The notes: generated by a model from the sequence alone, not told the origin. A stretch of 15,066 nt of DNA from Oligoflexus sp. (GCA_041736305.1 JBGSTX010000084.1:1-15066); one strand, 5' to 3'; positions 8,482-15,066 are shown, counted from the stretch's first letter. Made by a program: numbers and translations.

Positions 8482-8910
8482 TCAAGGGCGGAGGAGCTTA
8501 TAAAAAAGGCCAGCCATATGTGAGGCTAAGGAGCAAAGTGCAGCCGATAAACCGAGTCCAATAGTTAAACCTAGAGGATCAAATGAATCGCTTACACCAC
8601 CATAAGCACGCAGCATAAGCAGAGGTCCCATAGCGAGTACCCCTAAGGCCAGGCCTACAGTCTGCAATACTTTCCAGCGGCTTGGCAAAGCTGAATACGG
8701 AAGGGTCACACCTAAAGCGACGTGGAGCAGGCCGAAGAGATTACTGTGCCCGTGCGCACTCTGCAGCAATTTGCTCTGCCAACTGTCGAGTTGACTCAGG
8801 TCATGAAGATAAGCTTGAGTCATATCGAAAGAGACAAAGGCTCCTGCAGATGCGGCCACAAAGAGGACTAAAAAGCCGATAGCCATGTTGAGGATCCCAA
8901 GTCGCGGCAT
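8482..8910 (-). CDS. Hypothetical integral membrane protein (about 4 TM helices) with an AHGHSNLFGLLH motif
   Basis: Four hydrophobic segments. RBS GAGGT upstream. Gaps of 10 and 12 nt to same-strand neighbours. Confidence 0.8.
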   Translation of the reverse strand: MPRLGILNMAIGFLVLFVAASAGAFVSFDMTQAYLHDLSQLDSWQSKLLQSAHGHSNLFGLLHVALGVTLPYSALPSRWKVLQTVGLALGVLAMGPLLMLRAYGGVSDSFDPLGLTIGLGLSAALCSLASHMAGLFYKLLRP

Positions 8911-8920
8911 CAGCTGTACC

Positions 8921-9367
8921 TCACAAGTTGAGAAGAGCGCTCAGCCCTTCAATGTAAGCCTCTCGCTTCCATACGACGATACCTTCGATGAGAGAGTTGG
9001 CTTCCATCCACGAGAGATTCTGAAACTCACCCTCAGAAAGACTCAGGTCGGGCATCGCCGTATCTATAAGTTCCAAGAGAAACCAATCCTGGATTTGTCC
9101 TCGAAAAGCTTTAAGACCCTGACGCTGCATAGACACAGGAAACTCATAGGTAATAGCTTGCGGGAGCCGCTGCAGGATTCTAACGCGATCAGTTCCGATC
9201 TCCTCGCGTAGTTCGCGAAAGAGAGCTGTTTCAGCAGTCTCACCTGGATCGATCCCGCCCTGAGGCAATTGCCAGGCTCCTTTGCAATCAGCTCGCTCAC
9301 CCGCCAAGACTTGTCCATCTTGATTTCTGATGACAGCTACGACACACGGCCTGTAGGGCTTTTGCAT
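8921..9367 (-). CDS. rppH: RNA pyrophosphohydrolase (Nudix family)
   Basis: N-terminal YRPCV, WQLPQGGIDPGE, complete Nudix box (GGIDPGETAETALFRELREEIG), RGQ.Q.WF, EF....W and C-terminal IVVWKREAY, all typical of RppH/NudH. RBS GAGGAG upstream. Confidence 0.88.
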   Translation of the reverse strand: MQKPYRPCVVAVIRNQDGQVLAGERADCKGAWQLPQGGIDPGETAETALFRELREEIGTDRVRILQRLPQAITYEFPVSMQRQGLKAFRGQIQDWFLLELIDTAMPDLSLSEGEFQNLSWMEANSLIEGIVVWKREAYIEGLSALLNL

Positions 9368-9420
9368 CTGCTACTCCTCTCTGCCAAAACTTTGACCCGC
9401 CTCATCTGTCCGAAGAGGGG

Positions 9421-9429
9421 TGTTATAAT
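9421..9429 (+). promoter_or_regulatory. Putative sigma70 extended -10 promoter for the beta-barrel gene
   Basis: TGTTATAAT is a perfect TGnTATAAT in the divergent intergenic region. No good -35 at 17-nt spacing. Confidence 0.55.
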
Positions 9430-9442
9430 AGGACCATCGAGC

Positions 9443-9451
9443 AGCATAGCA
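9443..9451 (-). promoter_or_regulatory. Putative sigma70 extended -10 promoter for the rppH operon
   Basis: Minus strand reads TGCTATGCT (TGn + TAnnnT), about 75 nt upstream of the rppH start. Confidence 0.4.
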
Positions 9452-9520
9452 TGAAATCAAGCTGAGCCGAACCAGACGTTCTGGCTGATTTGTTAGCTAA
9501 AACTTGCTAGGAGTCCTCTT

Positions 9521-10141
9521 ATGTCTTGTAAATCAGGCTTCGCATCCGCCTTCGTTTCCTTTAGCTTCCTCCTCGCGCTCATGGCTCCAAGATCAGCCTT
9601 CGCTGGAGTCAATGTGAGCCTTTCAGGATCAATGGAAAACACTTCGAACGCTCTCGAAAAAAATCGTGATAATTCGGTGAGTGCCAACATATCAACCAAT
9701 CTAGGCGCACATATTCTTATCGGCATCACGCATCGTCGCTCCTTCGAAAACCGCACCGGTTACAAAAGGGCTCAAACAGATGTCCCCAACACTTACGCTT
9801 ATATCCCATTCAAAGACAACGGGGAAAGCGTTACCAATTCTTTAGATCTTACCGTCATTCCCTATAATGGATTAGTGTCCCCCTTCATTTTTGGTGGGCT
9901 CGCACGTCGTGACTACAAGAGCACAACCATATACCCGGGATCGATCTACCACAGCTCGCAGTCGCTCTTCCCTATTCCAAACTATGGCTTCGGATTCATG
10001 GTGGCACTAGGAGGAGGCTTCAACCTTAAAATCACGCAAACCTTCACTCCTGGAAGCCAGGTTGCTATCGAAGACGGGATAGAAGTCGCTAAAAGCGTCA
10101 AGGATACTTACACCCAGGTTGGAATTGGCTACCGCCTCTAA
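9521..10141 (+). CDS. Small outer-membrane beta-barrel protein (206 aa)
   Basis: Signal peptide ending SAFA|GVNV. Amphipathic beta-strands (VNVSLSGS, VSANIST, SPFIFGG, NYGFGFMV, FNLKITQ). C-terminal TQVGIGYRL resembles a Bam beta-signal. RBS AGGAG at 9509-9513. Confidence 0.8.
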   Translation: MSCKSGFASAFVSFSFLLALMAPRSAFAGVNVSLSGSMENTSNALEKNRDNSVSANISTNLGAHILIGITHRRSFENRTGYKRAQTDVPNTYAYIPFKDNGESVTNSLDLTVIPYNGLVSPFIFGGLARRDYKSTTIYPGSIYHSSQSLFPIPNYGFGFMVALGGGFNLKITQTFTPGSQVAIEDGIEVAKSVKDTYTQVGIGYRL

Positions 10142-10156
10142 AACAACTGAACCTTT

Positions 10157-10184
10157 CTAAGTTTTTCCGCCAAGATGCCGATTC
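10157..10184 (+). promoter_or_regulatory. Putative sigma28 (FliA)-type promoter for the cNMP-domain gene
   Basis: CTAAGTTT-N12-GCCGATTC (or TAAGTTTT-N11-GCCGATTC) in a 73-nt intergenic gap. Confidence 0.55.
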
Positions 10185-10185
10185 T

Positions 10186-10202
10186 CTAGGGAGACTAGGG
10201 AG
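10186..10202 (+). repeat. Tandem 8-bp direct repeat CTAGGGAG overlapping the RBS
   Basis: CTAGGGAG at 10186-10193 and 10195-10202. The second copy runs into the Shine-Dalgarno GGGAGG. Confidence 0.6.
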
Positions 10203-10214
10203 GTCTTCAAATCT

Positions 10215-11915
10215 ATGCGGGTCGGCACTCTCGTCGCTGCCATTTTCATAATATTAGTCGTCATCTACCTCATATGGCAGCTGATAAACTCCTCTATGGC
10301 CGGAAATGCCCGACAAAATCGCAAAAAAAGACGCTCTGATCGGGTTCGCCTGGGCCGTGCGGAGCGAAAGTCCTACCAGCAAGCGCACCAGCTCTATCGG
10401 GAAGGCAATTTCAAATCTAGCGCCAAGATACTTGAATCATTAGGATTACTTCGCGAATCGATCAATATTCTCGAAAAAGCCGGCTTATATCGTGAAGCTG
10501 CGGACGCTTTGCTGAGGATCCAGCGGCCTAATAGGGCTGGTCACCTCTTAGCGCGAAATGGTCTGTGGAAAGAGGCGCTCGAAGCTTACAAAAAGGCCAA
10601 TATGCCTCTTGAAATCGGCCGCTGTTACAGGGAGCTAGGCGATCTTTCAACGGCGATCCCTTTTTTCCTTGAAGCCGATGCGAAGCAAGATGCTGCTGAT
10701 TGCTATGTAGAAGTTGGGAAACATCAGGAAGGTGCCAGACTTTTATTGAAATTAGGTAATCTTGATCGGGCATTGGAACAGTATCTCTACCTGGTTGATA
10801 GTTCTATAGATCTTGAAAAACTGCAGTTTTCCGAAGAAGAACTCGCCTTCCTCGTCCAAAAAATAGTCGAAGGCACAGGTCCGACGCGGCTCGCAGATAT
10901 CCTTGCCTCAGAGAAGAAGTCAGGCTTGCTCATCATCGAACTCATTAAGACCAGCAATATCAAAGCTGCAACTGAATCCTATATGCGCAACACAGCCGAT
11001 ATCGGCCCTGAACTGATTAGCTACTCTGAGTTCACCCAAGAACAGCAACTTCTTCTTGCCTCGCTCTTCATCAATGTTAGCGCCTACGACTACAGTGGGA
11101 TGGTCTATGAGCGGCTGGGTGAATTTGACAAAGCTGGTGACGCTTTTGAAAAGGGAGAATACTTCGAGCGAGCTTGCACTTGTTTTGAACGCGCGAACAA
11201 TAAAGAAAAAACCACTAATATGCGAATAATGATCGCCTCAGGCGGCTCCAAGGTCCTGAAATCGCCTCCTGTGCATTCTGAAGTAGGGCTCAAAAACGAC
11301 GAGGCTAATCCCTTTTCCATTCAGTATACTGAAAACCAGGATTTGCCGGAGAAGCAGTTATCCATATCCAAGGCTTCAAAAATTCCAACTCTTACTCGTC
11401 GACTTGAAGAATCCCCAGAGCCTCGTACTGAGAACCCTGTACCCCTATCCCCAGAGGGTGGGAACCTCGATTGGTCACCATTTTATGAAGCTAAATTCAT
11501 GGCCGATCTAAGTCTCGATGAGAGGAAGCAATTGCAGCGGATCTGTGAAACAGGAGACTTCGCAAAGGGTGAGATTATCCTCGACTACAATCAAGAGCCC
11601 CTCGGAATTTGTATAGTTCTTCGAGGACGGATCAATATTCTTAAATTCGACGACTTCGGCAAAGAGCATGTGATTGATTTCTTTGAAAAGGGTGATACCT
11701 TTGGAGAATTCTGGCTTCTCATGGATCAACCGACCCAGTTTAAGTTTGCGGCATCCGAAGCCTGTTCGCTCGGCTGGATCCGCCGCGCGGATTTTGAGAA
11801 TCTCATGGATAAAAATGGATCGATCGCTCGAAAGTTATACAAGAGCTTCTCCCACACGCTCATCACCCGCCTTTTAAATCAGCAACAAAAAAAGCAAAAT
11901 AAGCTCGTATCCTAA
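10215..11915 (+). CDS. Membrane-anchored TPR/clathrin-like repeat protein with a C-terminal cyclic-nucleotide-binding domain (566 aa)
   Basis: N-terminal TM helix followed by a basic patch (RQNRKKRR). Short helical repeats (LEKAGLYREAA, YERLGEFDKAGDAFEKGEYFERA). Pro/Glu-rich linker. cNMP fold motifs (FAKGEIIL, ICIVLRGRINI, GDTFGEF, IRRADFENLM). No HTH. Confidence 0.88.
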   Translation: MRVGTLVAAIFIILVVIYLIWQLINSSMAGNARQNRKKRRSDRVRLGRAERKSYQQAHQLYREGNFKSSAKILESLGLLRESINILEKAGLYREAADALLRIQRPNRAGHLLARNGLWKEALEAYKKANMPLEIGRCYRELGDLSTAIPFFLEADAKQDAADCYVEVGKHQEGARLLLKLGNLDRALEQYLYLVDSSIDLEKLQFSEEELAFLVQKIVEGTGPTRLADILASEKKSGLLIIELIKTSNIKAATESYMRNTADIGPELISYSEFTQEQQLLLASLFINVSAYDYSGMVYERLGEFDKAGDAFEKGEYFERACTCFERANNKEKTTNMRIMIASGGSKVLKSPPVHSEVGLKNDEANPFSIQYTENQDLPEKQLSISKASKIPTLTRRLEESPEPRTENPVPLSPEGGNLDWSPFYEAKFMADLSLDERKQLQRICETGDFAKGEIILDYNQEPLGICIVLRGRINILKFDDFGKEHVIDFFEKGDTFGEFWLLMDQPTQFKFAASEACSLGWIRRADFENLMDKNGSIARKLYKSFSHTLITRLLNQQQKKQNKLVS

Positions 11916-11926
11916 GCTAGTTGCTC

Positions 11927-11942
11927 TGGCACATTCTCTGCA
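11927..11942 (+). promoter_or_regulatory. Putative sigma54 (RpoN) -24/-12 promoter
   Basis: TGGCAC-ATTCT-CTGCA compared with consensus TGGCAC-N5-TTGCW. Invariant GG (11928-11929) and GC (11940-11941) are exactly 10 nt apart. Intergenic, 45 nt before ATG 11988. Confidence 0.7.
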
Positions 11943-11987
11943 GGTATTCTTTAAAGAAGCAAGCCTCAGGAGATTGAGAGGGAATTT

Positions 11988-12179
11988 ATGAGCAAGAATA
12001 ATATTGTGTGTCTTCGTCACCCTAGCTACCAAGGCTCAGGAAACCCGGACTTGGATTGTCTGATATGCTGCGAGGCATATGTGCGAGAGCTCAAACTTAA
12101 AAAAGTCCAGAATTACCTTGATATTACGCAGTGGCTAGAAAGCAAAAGTTCCAAAGAGACTTTAACATGGACGATCTGA
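11988..12179 (+). CDS. Small hypothetical protein (63 aa) with a CxxH-x12-CxxCC putative metal-binding motif
   Basis: Purine-rich RBS GAGAGGGA before the ATG. Upstream sigma54 motif. C8-x2-H11...C24-x2-C27-C28 followed by a helical tail. Confidence 0.7.
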   Translation: MSKNNIVCLRHPSYQGSGNPDLDCLICCEAYVRELKLKKVQNYLDITQWLESKSSKETLTWTI

Positions 12180-12439
12180 ACGTCGTCATGCAGGCCCTTG
12201 TTGGGTTGATCCAGGGGCTGCAGCGAGAGCAACATGTTTCGCTTCGTTATTACAAGCAAGTTCAAAGCTACTTTGAAAAAACCAAGCAATCTGAAGACAT
12301 AGTCTATATTCTGGAAAGGCTGATCGCCATCGGCCCAGTCGCTCAGTACCAAAACCTCAGCAACGAGCAAGACCGCCTCTTCGAAGAATTCCTGAACGCG
12401 GCTCAAAGCTATATCGCTAAAGCGCGCGTCCCGCACTGA
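12167..12439 (+). CDS. Small all-helical hypothetical protein (~90 aa)
   Basis: ATG 12167 overlaps the upstream gene by 13 nt, suggesting translational coupling, and is preferred to GTG 12131. Amphipathic helical pattern. Fills the gap up to the convergent thiolase stop. Confidence 0.65.
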   Translation: MDDLNVVMQALVGLIQGLQREQHVSLRYYKQVQSYFEKTKQSEDIVYILERLIAIGPVAQYQNLSNEQDRLFEEFLNAAQSYIAKARVPH

Positions 12440-12443
12440 AGTT

Positions 12444-13625
12444 TCAAATCATCTCGACAATTACACCACTGGCCTCACCACCGCCTATGCAAAGAGTCGC
12501 AAGTCCGCGCTTCTCCTGCCTCTGCTTAAGCGCATGAATAAGAGTGGTCAGTATCCGAGCGCCACTGGCTCCTATCGGATGGCCTAAGGACACGGCCCCA
12601 CCGTGGATATTCACTCGGCTCGGATCTAATGCCAGATCTTTGATCGCTGCCATCGCCACCACGGCGAAAGCTTCATTGATCTCGTAAAGATCAAGATCTT
12701 TCGGCTGCAGATTTACTTGTTTCAGAAGCTTTCTAATACAGCCGATCGGAGCGGTCGTAAAATGAGCCGGATCTTGTGCGAACGAAGCCTGGGCCACGAT
12801 GCGGGCGATCGGTTGCAGCCCATGTTTACGAGCCGCTTCCTCGGAAGCTAACACGAGGAGCGCTGCGCCGTCGTTGATCGAAGAAGCATTTGCCGCAGTG
12901 ATGGTACCTTCTTTTTCGAAGGCCGGCTTGAGCTGGGCAATGCGGTCGAGATCGGCCGCGAAAGGTTCTTCGTCAAGTTCAAAATTGCGTGTTCCTTTGC
13001 GATCTTGCAGAGGAACGGGAACGATCTCATCGGCGAATAGACCCGACTCTACCGCTCGGCGCGCTCTTTGATAACTTTGTAAGGCAAATTCATCTTGGGC
13101 TTCACGGGAGAAGTGATATTCGCGTGCGCAGATCTCGCCGCAGTTACCCATGGCGACGTTGTTATATGGATCCCAAAGGCCATCCCACTGCATAGAGTCT
13201 TTGGCTTCAATCGAACCATAGCGATATCCGCTTCGCGAATTCAGGAGAAGGTGAGGGGCCAGGCTCATGTTCTCCTGACCTCCAGCAAAAACGATTTGGG
13301 CATCGCCTAGCCGAATCGCCTGATCGGCGAACATAACGGCCTTAAGCCCGCTACCGCAGACTTTGCCAATAGTGGTTGCACTAACCGAAGGTGGCAAGCC
13401 TCCGTAGATTGCGGCCTGACGGGCAGGAGCCTGACCGACTCCGGCTGTCAGGACGTTGCCCATAATAATCTCGTCAACTTCTTGGCCAGATAATTTAAGG
13501 CGCTTCAATGCATCTTGAACCAAGACAGCTCCAAGGCGGGGCGCCGGTGTCTGAGCTAAAGACCCACTCATTTTGCCGATAGCCGTCCGGGCTGCATAAG
13601 CGATAACTGTTTGCGTGGATTTCAC
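12444..13625 (-). CDS. Acetyl-CoA C-acetyltransferase (thiolase, AtoB/PhaA family)
   Basis: RTAIGK, GQAPARQA, catalytic KVCGSG, NEAF, GHPIGASGAR and CIGGG motifs. GTG 13625 is preferred because RBS GAGGAG (13639-13634) lies 8 nt upstream, whereas GTG 13634 overlaps that RBS. Confidence 0.97.
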   Translation of the reverse strand: MKSTQTVIAYAARTAIGKMSGSLAQTPAPRLGAVLVQDALKRLKLSGQEVDEIIMGNVLTAGVGQAPARQAAIYGGLPPSVSATTIGKVCGSGLKAVMFADQAIRLGDAQIVFAGGQENMSLAPHLLLNSRSGYRYGSIEAKDSMQWDGLWDPYNNVAMGNCGEICAREYHFSREAQDEFALQSYQRARRAVESGLFADEIVPVPLQDRKGTRNFELDEEPFAADLDRIAQLKPAFEKEGTITAANASSINDGAALLVLASEEAARKHGLQPIARIVAQASFAQDPAHFTTAPIGCIRKLLKQVNLQPKDLDLYEINEAFAVVAMAAIKDLALDPSRVNIHGGAVSLGHPIGASGARILTTLIHALKQRQEKRGLATLCIGGGEASGVIVEMI

Positions 13626-13660
13626 TTCACTCACTCCTCAGTACGAGAAACAACTTCCAT

Positions 13661-13690
13661 ATTTTAGACGTCTTCTTTGGGCGCAGTAAA
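13661..13690 (-). promoter_or_regulatory. Possible sigma70 promoter for the thiolase
   Basis: Minus strand TTTACT-N18-TAAAAT in the divergent thiolase/carA gap. Confidence 0.35.
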
Positions 13691-13763
13691 TCATAGCTAT
13701 TCCCTTATCGATCGGCTATGTTCGACCGAATTTTTTGAACCCACTTTTGAGGTGGACGAATTC

Positions 13764-14879
13764 ATGCGCCAGAAATGTAAGCTTGTCCTTTCGGACGGCA
13801 GCAGCTTCGAGGGTGACCTAATTGGCGCCCCTTTAAGAGCCAGCGGGGAACTAGTTTTTACTACAGGAATGGTCGGGTATAGTGAAGCGATAACCGACCC
13901 CTCGTATTTCGGTCAGATACTCTGCTTTACCTATCCCCTCATCGGTAATTACGGCATTCCGAATTTACCTCACGGCCTTGAGCTCCCGATCCCTCGCGGT
14001 TTTGAAAGCGGACGAGCGCACGCTTCTGCTGTGATCCTGACGATCGACAGTCCCGAAACTTTTCATTGGAACAGTTTTCAGTCCCTAGACGAATGGCTGA
14101 AAGCGCAAGGCGTCCCGGGCATAGTCGGGCTCGATACACGGCATCTGGTGCACATGATCCGTTCGCATGCAAACTTGCTGGGTAGAATCGAACCGAGTAG
14201 GGATGAGGGGTATCGAGCGATGGGTTCACACTTGGCGCCGAAGAGTCCCAGCTCTTTTTTCGATCCTGGTATGAATAACGTTTTGAGCGAAGTCTCAACT
14301 CCTGAACGCCGGCGTATCGGTTCAGGTAACATTCGAGTAGGTCTGGTCGACTGCGGTGTGAAATGGAACATCATTCGCCAGTTTCTGAATTTTGGCTGCG
14401 AAGTTGAACTCCTTCCTTGGGATACACGACTCACTGACGTCGACTGTGACCTTTGGCTGCTCTCTAACGGACCAGGTGATCCAACCCGCACGGGAGATCT
14501 CACCGCTCAGGTTGAGAAGCTGCTTAAAGACGATCGACCCATACTGGGAATTTGCCTCGGCCATCAGATCCTATCTCTCGCCGCTGGTGCTACGACGCGC
14601 CGTATGGCCTATGGTCACCGTTCTCACAATCAACCCGTATATGAAGTCGGGACCCGGCGCGGCTATATTACTAGCCAAAATCACGGCTATGTTGTTGAAG
14701 ATGCTTCGCTGCCAGACGGTTGGGAAGCCTGGTTCCGCAATGCCAATGATCAAACTATCGAAGGCATAAGGCACAAGCAAAAGCCTTTCCGCAGCGTCCA
14801 GTTCCATCCGGAGGCTTCGGCTGGTCCACGTGATACGTCTTGGATTTTTGAACAGATACTTGCGGAGGTAAAAAAATAA
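13764..14879 (+). CDS. carA: Carbamoyl-phosphate synthase small (glutaminase) subunit
   Basis: [36 protein letters not shown], catalytic GICLGHQ, SQNHGY, SVQFHPE. RBS GAGGTGG at 13749-13755 supports ATG 13764 over TTG 13677. Confidence 0.98.
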   Translation: MRQKCKLVLSDGSSFEGDLIGAPLRASGELVFTTGMVGYSEAITDPSYFGQILCFTYPLIGNYGIPNLPHGLELPIPRGFESGRAHASAVILTIDSPETFHWNSFQSLDEWLKAQGVPGIVGLDTRHLVHMIRSHANLLGRIEPSRDEGYRAMGSHLAPKSPSSFFDPGMNNVLSEVSTPERRRIGSGNIRVGLVDCGVKWNIIRQFLNFGCEVELLPWDTRLTDVDCDLWLLSNGPGDPTRTGDLTAQVEKLLKDDRPILGICLGHQILSLAAGATTRRMAYGHRSHNQPVYEVGTRRGYITSQNHGYVVEDASLPDGWEAWFRNANDQTIEGIRHKQKPFRSVQFHPEASAGPRDTSWIFEQILAEVKK

Positions 14880-14880
14880 A

Positions 14881-15066
14881 ATGCCGATGCTCAAGCAACT
14901 GGCTACCCTCGGTCGCAGTCCTAAAATTTTATTGCTAGGATCGGGCGGCCTCTCCATCGGCCAGGCGGGTGAATTCGATTATTCGGGCACACAAGCTATC
15001 AAAGCTTTGGTCGAAGAAAAGATCGACGTTATCGTAGTCAACCCTAACATAGCCACCGTACAAACC
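14881..15066 (+). CDS. carB: Carbamoyl-phosphate synthase large subunit, N-terminal fragment (runs off the window; missing from the ORF track)
   Basis: Manual translation: [62 protein letters not shown]. Starts 1 nt after the carA stop, with GGAGGT at 14864-14869. Confidence 0.96.
   Translation, partial: MPMLKQLATLGRSPKILLLGSGGLSIGQAGEFDYSGTQAIKALVEEKIDVIVVNPNIATVQT

Noticed and set aside
7656..9454. + strand ORFs opposite the rppH operon (7656-8045, 8885-9211, 9269-9454) and 9064-9318 -
   Set aside because: Antisense or alternative frames of genes that have clear family motifs and RBSs.
12113..12436. 107-aa minus-strand ORF directly after the thiolase
   Set aside because: It is the in-register antisense of the + strand 90-aa ORF and has a GTG start with no convincing RBS. 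The + strand ORF is coupled to the sigma54-preceded gene. Not fully excluded.
13677..13763. 29-aa N-terminal extension of CarA from TTG 13677
   Set aside because: Similarity to CarA starts at [12 protein letters not shown], which has a good RBS. The extension covers the divergent promoter region.
12799..14957. Shadow ORFs within thiolase and carA (e.g. 14078-14503 -, 14392-14769 +, 14571-14957 -)
   Set aside because: They overlap highly conserved enzymes and have no independent coding evidence.
1..15066. CRISPR arrays, tRNA/rRNA genes, IS elements, strong intrinsic terminators
   Set aside because: Intergenic gaps are all short (about 150 nt or less). I saw no spaced repeats, cloverleafs, transposase motifs or GC-rich hairpin + U-tract by eye.
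1..15066. CTAG tetramer appears frequently, although it is depleted in many bacteria
   Set aside because: It is spread through the window, so it is probably a genome-wide compositional trait rather than a local signal. Not quantified rigorously.

Overview
Gene-dense bacterial chromosomal window with roughly balanced GC. Gene content suggests a Bdellovibrionota/Oligoflexia-like or myxobacteria-related lineage (inference only). Left to right: (1) a tightly coupled + strand envelope operon: a 5'-truncated coiled-coil/beta-sandwich protein, two large exported TPR proteins (759 and ~1027 aa) and a TPR lipoprotein. Its order and architecture resemble the gltC-gltD(agmU)-gltE(aglT) / nfsC-D-E core of Agl-Glt surface-transport machines, but no gltF/gltG follows. 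(2) A stand-alone receiver protein behind a sigma28-like promoter. (3) A - strand operon of rppH, a His-motif membrane protein and a signal-less BtuF-like binding protein. (4) A small outer-membrane beta-barrel gene. (5) A membrane-anchored helical-repeat + cNMP-domain protein with a degenerate binding cassette, also behind a sigma28-like promoter. (6) A two-gene micro-operon (Cys/His-motif 63 aa + 90 aa helical protein) behind a good sigma54 match. (7) A thiolase and, divergently, carA plus the start of carB, with eukaryote/CAD-like signatures. I saw no RNA genes, CRISPR arrays or mobile elements. All family calls come from motif recognition by eye; no database searches were run.
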